From assembly GCF_000568255.1 (NCBI RefSeq), contig NZ_KK037166.1, positions 3,426,739-3,448,420 on the forward strand: 21,682 bases of DNA, written 5' to 3'. The stretch is from Kutzneria sp. 744. Its GTDB lineage: Bacteria; Actinomycetota; Actinomycetes; Mycobacteriales; Pseudonocardiaceae. This document shows positions 1-7,420 of this stretch, in pieces. Position numbers and translations under genes: made by a program. The stretch's first letter is position 1. Every line of letters begins with the position of its first letter. The notes under the pieces were generated by a model that was not told the DNA's origin, did not search any database, and saw nothing but the letters and a program-made list of their open reading frames with translations.

Positions 1-908
1 ACCAGCAGCAGCGCACGAAGAGCCGCCGCGCCTTCTACATCTGGATGGCGATCATCATCGTGCTGGCCGCGGCCATCGCCACCACGGCGTGGTGGCTGGG
101 CTCGGGCCAGTGGGCGCAGGTGCCGACGGTGAAGGGCCTGCCGGCGGCCGCCGCTGAGCAGAAGCTCCAGGACGCCCATCTCCAGTTCACCGAGAAGAAC
201 GTGCACAGCAACGACGTGCCCAAGGGCACCGTGGCCGACGTGGCCCCCGGCGAGCAGCAGCAGGTCCGCCGCGGCTCCACGGTCGAGCTGAGCGTGTCGC
301 AGGGCAAGCCGGTGGTGCCGACCGTGCCGCCGGGCGCCGACCAGGCCGTGGCCAACAAGCTGCTGGGCGACGAGGGCCTGCAGTCGCTGCGGGACGCCGG
401 CAAGGACGACTTCAGCGACAACATCCCGGCCGGCAAGGTGCTCAAGCTGGTGCCCGACGCCGGCACCCAGGTCAACGTCGGCTCCGGGGTCGTCGTCGTG
501 CTCAGCAAGGGCCCGGCCCCGAAGAAGGTGCCCTCGGTCGTCGGCCAGACGCACGACCAGGCCTTCCAGACGCTGCAACAGGCCGGCTTCGAGCCGGTGG
601 ACGGGCCCGGCGAGTCCAGCGACACCGTCGATCCCGGCAAGGTGATCCGCACCAACCCGCCGGCCGGCACCCAGATCGCCGGCGGCGGCAACAACCAGGT
701 GACGGTGATCGTCTCCAACGCCGTGGTCGTGCCGGACCTGAAGGGCATGAGCGCCGACGATGCCCGCAACACGCTCAAGGCCCTCAATCTGGACATCGAC
801 GTGCAGGGCTTCTTCGGCGGCAAGAACGGCAAGGTCTTCGCCCAGGATCCGCCGCCCGGCACCCGGGTCAAGACCGGGACGAAGATCACCGTGCAGGTGT
901 TCCCGTGA
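1..908 (+). CDS. Ser/Thr protein kinase, C-terminal part (5'-partial; frame open to the window edge): transmembrane segment followed by four PASTA repeats. The kinase domain lies upstream of the window.
   Basis: Frame 3 is open from nt 3 (QQQRTKSRRAFYIWMAIIIVLAAAIATTAWWLG is a TM helix). Four ~65-70 aa repeats then have the PASTA pattern (G..v....A...L...G/L...V....S....G.V..Q.P.G..V..G..V.L.VS.G). Stop TGA at 906-908. GC3 is high throughout. Confidence 0.8.
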   Translation, partial: QQQRTKSRRAFYIWMAIIIVLAAAIATTAWWLGSGQWAQVPTVKGLPAAAAEQKLQDAHLQFTEKNVHSNDVPKGTVADVAPGEQQQVRRGSTVELSVSQGKPVVPTVPPGADQAVANKLLGDEGLQSLRDAGKDDFSDNIPAGKVLKLVPDAGTQVNVGSGVVVVLSKGPAPKKVPSVVGQTHDQAFQTLQQAGFEPVDGPGESSDTVDPGKVIRTNPPAGTQIAGGGNNQVTVIVSNAVVVPDLKGMSADDARNTLKALNLDIDVQGFFGGKNGKVFAQDPPPGTRVKTGTKITVQVFP

Positions 909-921
909 CTAGACTCGGCTG

Positions 922-1134
922 ATGATCGGGACTCGGGGACGCGTCACGGGGCGGATCGGCCCCGGGTTGGTCGGCGAGGTGATGATCGCCGTCCGGGGCG
1001 GGGCCGAGGCGTTCTACGCGCACCCGATCGAGCCGCAGGAGACGATCGAGCCGGGCGTTCAGGTGCTGGTGGTCGACTTCGACCCGCCCCGCACCGTCTA
1101 CGTCGAACGCTGGCGCCCGCTGCTCGCCCCCTGA
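922..1134 (+). CDS. NfeD-like C-terminal OB-fold (beta-barrel) domain protein, 70 aa. It lacks the N-terminal membrane segment of longer NfeD/YuaF homologs.
   Basis: ATG at 922 is the first start after the in-frame TAG at 910-912. 'GEVMIAVRGGAEAFYAHPIEPQETIEPGVQVLVVDFDPPRTVYVERW' fits the NfeD beta-barrel pattern. The gene lies immediately upstream of a flotillin gene, as in yuaF-floT. GC3 is high. Confidence 0.5.
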   Translation: MIGTRGRVTGRIGPGLVGEVMIAVRGGAEAFYAHPIEPQETIEPGVQVLVVDFDPPRTVYVERWRPLLAP

Positions 1135-1377
1135 CCGTCCCACTGAAACGGTGCCCCCCTTTCGGGTGAAGGGTGCGCCGCGCTATTGCCGTTGGGGTGC
1201 AACAAGAACCGCCTTCTCCGGATCGATCCCTAAGTGTGTGTCAAGTGACATATACGCGGAGGGAACCGAGGAATAGCGTGAGGCCTCCAAGGTGCGCCGG
1301 GAAGTCTGGTCGGCAACCACGACAAGGTCGTGGGGCGCACTGACACGCCCCGCGAGCAGAGGGGGCGTTTCAGAGAG

Positions 1378-2861
1378 ATGAACGCGAACATATTGGCCAT
1401 CATCGGCGCGGCTGTCGTCGCCGTCATCGTGCTGTTCATCATCCTGCGGGTGCTCTGGCGGGTGGCCGAGCCCAATGAGGCGATGATCATCTCCGGTCTC
1501 GGCGCCAAGAAGATCCAGGTCGGCGAGGACAGCCTCGGGTTCAAGATCGTCACCGGCAAGGGCACCCTGGTGCTGCCCGGCTTCCAGACCGCGCGCCGGC
1601 TGTCGCTGGACACGCGGTCGGCCGAGATCGTGGTGTCCTGCGTGACCAAGCAGGGCATTCCGGTCCGGGTGCAGGGCGCCGTGATCTACAAGGTGGGCGA
1701 CGACTTCGTGTCCATCGCCAACGCCGCCCGCCGCTTCCTCGACCAGCAGAACGCCATGGACACCCGCATCCACAGCGTCTTCGCCGGCCACCTGCGCTCC
1801 ATCATCGGCGCGCTGACCGTCGAGGAGCTCATCCGCGACCGCGAGCGGCTCACCGCCGAGGTGCGCAGCTCGTCGGCCAACGAGATGAGCAAGCTGGGTC
1901 TGGTCGTGGACTCGCTGCAGATCCAGGAGATCGACGACGCGTCCGGCTACATCGCCAACCTGGGCAAGCCGCACGCCGCCGCCGTCGCCGCGCAGGCCCG
2001 CATCGCCGAGGCGCAGCGGGATCAGGAGGCCACCGAGGCCGAGCAGGTCGCCGCGGCCAACAAGGCCTCGGCCTGGCGCGACAGCCAGATCAAGCAGTCC
2101 TCGTACCAGGCCGAGATCGACCAGGTGTCGGCCCGCACCAAGCAGGCCGGCCCACTGGCCGAGGCGACCGCCCGCCAGGAGGTCGTCGTGCAGGAGACCA
2201 GGGCGGCCCAGCTGGAGGCCGACCTGTCCGAGCAGCGGCTGCAGTCGCAGGTCCGCAAGCCGGCCGACGCCAAGGCGTACGAGACCAGGACCCTGGCCGA
2301 CGCCGACCGCGACGCGCAGATCGCCAAGGCCCAGGCGCACGCCAAGGAGACCGAACTGCGCGCCGTGGCCGACGCGACCAGCGTCAAGGCGGCGGCGCTG
2401 GCCCAGGCCGAGGCGACCAAGGCCCGTGTGAGGCCGAGGCGTCCGCGACCAAGGCCAACGGTGAGGCGCAGGCCGCATCGGCTCGGGCGCAGGGTCTGGC
2501 CGAGGCGGAGGCCGCGAAGGCCAAGGGCCTCGCCGAGGCCGAGGCGATCAAGGCCCGCGCGGCCGCGCTGGCCGAGAACCAGGAAGCCGTTGTGGCGCAG
2601 GAGCTCGCCGAGAACTGGCCGGCCATCGTGGCCGCCGGCGCGCAGGCGTTCTCCAACGTCGACAACATGGTGGTGCTCAACGGCGCCGAGGGCGTCACCG
2701 AGCTGTTCACCAAGGCCCTGTCGCTGGGCGGGGCGGGCTTCGGCATGGCCCGTCAGCTGATGGACTCCATGCAGCTGGCCAAGCCGGTGTCCGAAAAGGC
2801 GGCAACCAACGGATCGGTGGACGACGACTTCGGGCTGTCGCTGCCGAAGTCGGAGAAGTAG
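1378..2861 (+). CDS. Flotillin (SPFH/band-7 domain, FloT/YuaG-like). The reading frame is interrupted by an apparent 1-nt deletion near 2428-2433.
   Basis: ATG at 1378 (MNANILAIIGAAVVAVIVLFIIL is an N-terminal membrane anchor). An SPFH core follows, then a long Ala/Glu/Lys/Gln coiled-coil. The C-terminus ('AENWPAIVAAGAQAFSNVDNMVVLNGAEGVTELFTKALSLGGAGFGMARQLMDS') continues in the other frame from ~2430 to TAG 2859-2861. Frame 1 reads ...AQAEATKARV then becomes Arg/Pro-rich; frame 0 reads EAEASATKANGEAQAASARAQGLAEAEAAKAKGLAEAEAIKARAAALAENQEAVVAQELAENW. The end-to-end architecture matches B. subtilis FloT. Confidence 0.85.
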
Positions 2862-2877
2862 CCGTAACGTCGGCTGT

Positions 2878-4228
2878 GTGAAGGGACTGGTACTGGGCGG
2901 CGGTCTGGCCGGCACGCTGGCCGCCGCCGCCCTCGCCTCGCACTGCGACAGCGTGGTCATCGGGAACGGGACCGGATGCCGTCGGGTCCCGAGCCGCGCA
3001 AGGGGGTGCCGCAGGGCCGGCACGTGCACAACCTGATGTCCAGCGGCGCCCGGGCCATCGACGACCTGCTGCCCGGCACGATCGATGCGCTGGAGGCCGC
3101 CGGCGGGCAGCGCATCGACGTGCCTCGCCGCTTCGTCTCGTACGTGCTGGGGCACGTGGAACCGGCGCTATCCCAGCAACCAGACCTTCGTGTCCGCCTC
3201 TCGGCCTCTGCTGGACTTCACCGTGCGGCAGCGGGCTTTCTCGTCCGGCCGTATCGAGCTCGTCGAGGGCACCGACGTCGTCGGACTCACCGGCGGCGCC
3301 GACCGCGTCACCGGCGCCGCCGTCCGGGACCGCGAGTCTCGGCAGACTCGGGAGCTGACCGCCGACTTCGTCGTCGATGCCACCGGTCGTTCCACCGCGA
3401 CACCCGGTTGGCTCACCGACCTGGGCCTGCCGGCCCGTGCCCGAGAGCGCTTCGGGGTCGGCGTTAGGAGGAGCGCAATGTGGTTGACCTCATTATAGCA
3501 AAAGCTACTTTGGCCCAGGCCTGCTGATACTACAGTTGAGGACACGCCAATGTCTGTTCTACTGCCCAACGGCTGTGTAGTTATATCTGTGTACCCTGCT
3601 TTCCTTACGATGAACATGAGCGCCAGGTATGTTTAGGATACGGCGTCGGCATACCATTTTTCGGATAGTTGACCCAATGGAGGATTAGGTCCATTAGTGG
3701 GCGAGAAGTGCTATATGACAAGGACCCACTGTAATGATCTCGTACGACCTGGTTCAGCCTTGGCCCGAGGGTTTTGTCGTGGTCGGCGACGCCGCCAGCG
3801 CCTTCAATCCCGTTTACGGGCACGGCATGTCCGTCGCCGCCCGCAACGCACTGTCCGTTCGGAACGGTCTCCGCCGGCACGGTGACGCCGCCGGCGTCGC
3901 CCGCATCATCCAGGCCTCCGTCACCGCGGGTGGTCTCGACGCCTGGCAGCTCGCCGTCGGTCAGGACCTCCGGAGCCAGCAGCGCCTGGAGGGCCGCACC
4001 CCCGACCTCAAGTCCCGACTGCTGTACGCCTACGGCGACCGCATGGCCCGGGTCGCCCGTGGGCGGCAGGACCTGTTCGCGTTGCAACTGGACGTCTACA
4101 CGCTTTCCTCCCCGACCAGCCGGGTGTTCTCGCCCCGCGCCGTGTTGGCGACGCTGCTCGGGCCGGTCGATCCGCCGCTGGCGGAGCCGCCTTTCACGGC
4201 GGCGGAGCAGTCGGTGCTGGCCTACTAG
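2878..4228 (+). pseudogene. Broken FAD-dependent oxidoreductase/monooxygenase (GxGxxG ... DG ... GDAA(H/S) family). It has two frameshifts and a low-GC non-coding block in place of the central region. The C-terminal 164 codons are intact from ATG 3734.
   Basis: GTG 2878 opens MKGLVLGGGLAGTLAAAALASHCDSVVI (Rossmann GxGxxG). Shift at 2962-2964 to the frame giving ERDRMPSGPEPRKGVPQGRHVHNLMSSGARAIDDLLPGTIDALEAAGGQRIDVPRRFVSYVLGHVEPALS. Shift near 3172-3174 to the frame giving NQTFVSASRPLLDFTVRQRAFSSGRIELVEGTDVVGLTGGADRVTGAAVRD...ADFVVDATGRSTATPGWLTDLGLP. Stops occur in all frames within 3465-3718. Frame 2 resumes at ...ISYDLVQPWPEGFVVVGDAASAFNPVYGHGMSVAARNAL..., ending TAG 4226-4228. Confidence 0.7.
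3470..3745. other. Low-GC (~45-48%) non-coding block embedded in the FAD-oxidoreductase reading frame. Nature unknown: foreign DNA remnant, small-RNA gene, promoter island, or assembly artefact.
   Basis: Abrupt compositional drop relative to ~72% GC flanks. Stop codons in all three forward frames. TTGACC hexamers at 3484-3489 and 3669-3674. Hairpins at 3626-3655 (ggtatg...catacc) and 3673-3701. Confidence 0.6.
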
Positions 4229-4674
4229 CTGCGGGCGTCGATGGCCGCCTGAAGGGACTGGGCATAGGCCTCGCTGGTCGCGGTGGCGCCGGAGACGGTG
4301 TCGATGCGGGCGCTCTGGGACGTGAGGGCCTCCTGACGGAGGGTGGGGGCGGCGGATTCGGCGATGCGCTGGCTCCGGCGGTCCGAAGGGGTCTCGACCA
4401 TCTGGACGTCGGTGATGGTGCTGCCGCTGAAGGTCACCTGCACGCGGTAGGGGCCGAACTCGGTGTCGACCTCGGAGCCCGTGACGGTGCGGGTGGCGGA
4501 CCCCGATGGAGCCGAGCCGGTGGTTGGGGAACTGCCGCTGCTAGCAGTGCTGGGTGTGCTGCCACCGCTAGAAGTGCTAGCGGCACCAGGAACGGTGGCG
4601 GTGCTCGGGTGGTAACGGAGCAGCGGCACGAGGCCGGCGGCGGTGAGCACCAGGGCTATGACGGCGCGGCGCAT
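4225..4674 (-). CDS. Secreted/membrane-anchored FMN-binding domain protein. Signal-anchor, then a Ser/Thr/Gly/Pro-rich linker, then an FMN_bind-like C-terminal domain.
   Basis: ATG at 4674 (MRRAVIALVLTAAGLVPLL). Low-complexity S/T/G/P linker. C-terminal 'TVTGSEVDTEFGPYRVQVTFSGSTITDVQMVETPSDRRSQRIAESAAPTLRQEALTSQSARIDTVSGATATSEAYAQSLQAAI' fits the FMN-binding domain pattern (conserved Thr-containing T[V/I]SGAT[A/Y]T flavinylation-type motif). Lies 19 nt downstream of the flavocytochrome gene. Confidence 0.65.
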   Translation of the reverse strand: MRRAVIALVLTAAGLVPLLRYHPSTATVPGAASTSSGGSTPSTASSGSSPTTGSAPSGSATRTVTGSEVDTEFGPYRVQVTFSGSTITDVQMVETPSDRRSQRIAESAAPTLRQEALTSQSARIDTVSGATATSEAYAQSLQAAIDARS

Positions 4675-4693
4675 GGCGGGGAATCCCTTCGGG

Positions 4694-6019
4694 TCAGGCG
4701 GCGAACGCGAAGCGCTCGGCGTGGCACTGAGCGGCGGGCACGTCCAGGGCCCGCAAGGTGGACAGGACGGCGTCGGTCATGCCGGGCGGGCCGCACACGA
4801 AGACGTCCCGCTCCCGGACGTCGGGAACGAGCGAGGCCAGGTGGGCGGGGCTGAGCAGCGCGTCGTCGACGGGGCCGACGACCATGTGCAGCTGGGCGCC
4901 AGCGCGCTGGGCCAGGTGACGGAGTTCCGTGGCGAGAACCGTGTCCTCCCACTGGTTGGCCCGGTACACGGCAACGACATCCCCGCGCAGCTCCTCCAGG
5001 AGAGCGCGGATGGGCGTGATGCCGACGCCGCCGCCGATCAACAGGGCGCCCCGGCGACCGCGCCGGCTCGACGTGAACGAGCCGTACGGCCCCTCGGCGA
5101 AAACCCTTGTGCCGGGCCGAATCGTGCGCAGCCAGGAGCTGCCGTCGCCGAGGGCCTTCACGGTGATACGTAAGGAACGACCGTCGGGCATCGCGGACAG
5201 CGAGTACGGATGTGCCTCCCACCAACGATCCTTGGTCAGGAAGCGCCACAGGAAGAACTGCCCGGCCCGGACCGGCAGCTCGCCCAGACGCCGGCCGGTG
5301 ATGTGCACCGACACGACGGTCGGCGACTCGGCGACCACCCGCTGGACCCGAAGCTGGTGACGAGCGTTGCGCCACAACGGAAGCAGCACCCTGGCCACCA
5401 GGATCGCCGCCAGGGCAAGGCCGTAGAGCGTCCACCAGTAGGCCGTCGCGATGGGTGAGCCGATGAAGTCACGGCCGATGGTGACCTGGTGCAGGAAGCC
5501 GAGAATCACCGCCAGGTAGGCGTACAGGTGCACGAAATGCCACGTCTCGTACCGCATCCGGCGACGCGCCGCCCGCGCCGAGGTCACGGCGACCCCGACG
5601 AGCAGGATCATCGCCACCGTCGCCTTGAGCACGTCGTCGGTGTCGAACACCAGCGTGCCCAACTCGTTCAGCACCGGGCTGCCGTCGCTCGCCGCGTAGC
5701 CCAGGGTGATGAACACGACGTGGGCCAGCAGCAGCCACAGCACCCAGAAGCCGGTCCACCGGTGCCACCGTGTCATCTGGTCCATGCCGAGGCCGCGTTC
5801 CAGCCAGGGCACGCGGGCGATCAAGAACAGTTGGAACACCAGCAGAAGCGCGCCGTACAGGCCGGTCGCACGGCCGAGCACGGTCAGCAGGTTGTCGTCC
5901 AGGCCGCCGTCCATCACGAGGATGTCGGTGACCCACAACGCGTTCAGGCCCAGCAGGGCCAGCAGCCATTGGGCCGTCGTCAGTCCACGGGCGCGGGCGG
6001 CGGTCGAAATCGCTGTCAC
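4694..6019 (-). CDS. NOX/ferric-reductase-like transmembrane flavocytochrome. A 6-TM bis-heme-type domain is fused to FAD- and NAD(P)H-binding ferredoxin-reductase-type domains.
   Basis: GTG at 6019. The TM region has paired His with 13-14 residue spacing (HRWTGFWVLWLLLAH; HLYAYLAVILGFLH). C-terminal 'RITVKALGDGSSWL...GPYGSF' and 'ALLIGGGVGITPIRALL...VFVCGPPGM' are FNR-type FAD/NAD(P) motifs. Stop TGA 4696-4694. Confidence 0.8.
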   Translation of the reverse strand: MTAISTAARARGLTTAQWLLALLGLNALWVTDILVMDGGLDDNLLTVLGRATGLYGALLLVFQLFLIARVPWLERGLGMDQMTRWHRWTGFWVLWLLLAHVVFITLGYAASDGSPVLNELGTLVFDTDDVLKATVAMILLVGVAVTSARAARRRMRYETWHFVHLYAYLAVILGFLHQVTIGRDFIGSPIATAYWWTLYGLALAAILVARVLLPLWRNARHQLRVQRVVAESPTVVSVHITGRRLGELPVRAGQFFLWRFLTKDRWWEAHPYSLSAMPDGRSLRITVKALGDGSSWLRTIRPGTRVFAEGPYGSFTSSRRGRRGALLIGGGVGITPIRALLEELRGDVVAVYRANQWEDTVLATELRHLAQRAGAQLHMVVGPVDDALLSPAHLASLVPDVRERDVFVCGPPGMTDAVLSTLRALDVPAAQCHAERFAFAA

Positions 6020-6130
6020 GGATGCGAGTCTCGCCGCGCCAGGTCAGAGCTCTATCCGGGGAAGCTGTCGGTCAGCTGTGCGTGGAACTACTCATGCGCC
6101 GGCGGTCGCGCCCCCGCTACCGTCGGCGAC

Positions 6131-6532
6131 ATGCGGGGGCTCATCGTGAAGTTGGCGATCGTGGCGGCGGTCGCCGGGTCGATCGCGTGGCTGATGTGGC
6201 CTCGGGGCGCCGGCACCGACCAGACCGACCGTCAGGCCCGGGCCATCGCCGACGCCATCTCCTATCCGCGCCAGGCCGACGCCATGGGCTACGCCCATGC
6301 CGTGCTGGCTCTCAACCACGCCGGCGCGCAGGTCATGGAGGCCACCGACCTCCACCAGAAGGACCTCAAGGCGCCGCAGGTGCACCTGGTCATCCAGCTC
6401 CGCTACACCGACTGCGACAAGCCCACGATCTTCGGCTGCGGCGGCCGGGAGATCGACCGCACCGTCTGCTACGGCTTCGACCTGACCTACTACGCGGTGG
6501 TCAACGGCCCCTCGGTCGTCGACTGCCCGTAG
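6131..6532 (+). CDS. Hypothetical small membrane-anchored protein (133 aa) with four Cys in its C-terminal domain.
   Basis: ATG 6131. MRGLIVKLAIVAAVAGSIAWLMW is an N-terminal TM anchor. '...YTDCDKPTIFGCGGREIDRTVCYGFDLTYYAVVNGPSVVDCP' then stop TAG 6530-6532. High GC3. Divergent from the flavocytochrome gene (110-bp gap). No recognisable family. Confidence 0.45.
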   Translation: MRGLIVKLAIVAAVAGSIAWLMWPRGAGTDQTDRQARAIADAISYPRQADAMGYAHAVLALNHAGAQVMEATDLHQKDLKAPQVHLVIQLRYTDCDKPTIFGCGGREIDRTVCYGFDLTYYAVVNGPSVVDCP

Positions 6533-6737
6533 CACGCCCCGATCGTCCCCGGCGTCGCCGCCCCGCACCACCATTCCGTACGGCACCGTCGGTGCTCTCA
6601 GCCTGCCGCCATCCCCCACCGACGCCCAGGTCAAGGCCGCCCAAGCCCACCGTCGACCCCAGACTAAGCTGGCCTGCCGGCCCCGCACTCGGACCGACCC
6701 CGTACTGAGGCCAACCCTTTGCTGAGGCCCCCGTTAA

Positions 6738-6757
6738 GGCCGACAGAACTGTCAGCC
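6738..6757. terminator. Candidate bidirectional hairpin (GGCCGACAG-aa-CTGTCAGCC) between two convergent genes.
   Basis: 8/9-bp inverted repeat followed by a T-containing tract (cctcgtgcttggctgtatat) on the + strand. Located between the end of the 6131-6532 gene and the end of the TetR gene. Confidence 0.25.
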
Positions 6758-6786
6758 CCTCGTGCTTGGCTGTATATCGGGGGTGC

Positions 6787-7332
6787 TCAGAACGCCTTGA
6801 ACAACGCTTCAGTCGGGATGCCGCCCAGCACGTGGTGCGCGATCAGCAGCCCCGGCAGCAACGTCGCCAGCAGCGTCGCGACCGCCTCGGGATCCTCGAC
6901 GTCCCAGCGACCGGCCAGCGTGGTGAGGTCGGCCCGCAGCTCCGCGTGGAAGTCCCGGGCATGCTCGGCCAGCGACGGCCGGCGCAGCGCCTCGGCCCAG
7001 GCCTGCACGGCGATGCGCGACAGGTCGTCCGGCGGCTCCTCGATCATGGCCACGACCTCGGCGAGCAGCTGGGTCCTGGTCGGCGGCGGCCGCTGCCCGA
7101 GCAGCCGGTCGAACAGCTCGCGGAACAGCCGCATCGACTCCCGGCCGGCCGCGTCGATCAGCTCGTCCTTGCTCCGGAAGTACCGGTAGACGCCGCTCGC
7201 GGACAGGCCGCTGGCCGCGATCACGTCGTCCATGGACGTGGCGTGGAAGCCGTCGCGGGCGAAGCAGCGCCAGGCGCTGGTGAGGATGTGGCGTCGCCGC
7301 TGCTCTCGGCGCTCCTCGCTGATCCGGGGCAC
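6787..7332 (-). CDS. TetR-family transcriptional regulator.
   Basis: GTG at 7332. N-terminal HTH 'RRRHILTSAWRCFARDGFHATSMDDVIAASGLSASGVYRYFRSKDELI' is the canonical TetR_N. No obvious SD (possibly leaderless). Stop TGA 6789-6787. Confidence 0.85.
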   Translation of the reverse strand: MPRISEERREQRRRHILTSAWRCFARDGFHATSMDDVIAASGLSASGVYRYFRSKDELIDAAGRESMRLFRELFDRLLGQRPPPTRTQLLAEVVAMIEEPPDDLSRIAVQAWAEALRRPSLAEHARDFHAELRADLTTLAGRWDVEDPEAVATLLATLLPGLLIAHHVLGGIPTEALFKAF

Positions 7333-7389
7333 CGGCCCAGCCTAAACGGGAACGCTTCCTTGCGTTGGCCCGCTCGCCGGGCGTAAAAA

Positions 7390-7403
7390 GGAACGTACGT
7401 TCC
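7390..7403. promoter_or_regulatory. Perfect 14-bp palindrome GGAACGTACGTTCC; candidate TetR operator in the TetR/VOC divergent promoter region.
   Basis: Exact inverted repeat 18 bp upstream of the VOC ATG (7421). A related half-site GGGAACGCTTCC lies at 7348-7359, with AACGC/GCGTT arms. Confidence 0.5.
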
Positions 7404-7420
7404 CGCTTAGGAGGATGAGC

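Noticed and set aside
1183-3155. Long minus-strand ORFs (1183-2478, 1230-1658, 2022-3155, 2384-2746) antisense to flotillin and the oxidoreductase.
   Set aside because: Arg/Gly/Leu/Pro-rich low-complexity translations typical of the antisense frames of high-GC coding DNA. The sense-strand products have clear family signatures.
3168-4087. Minus-strand ORFs 3168-3617 and 3605-4087 starting or ending inside the low-GC block.
   Set aside because: They run antisense to recognisable oxidoreductase coding sequence. They have no SD or family similarity, and their hydrophilic Arg/Ser-rich translation is typical of spurious frames.
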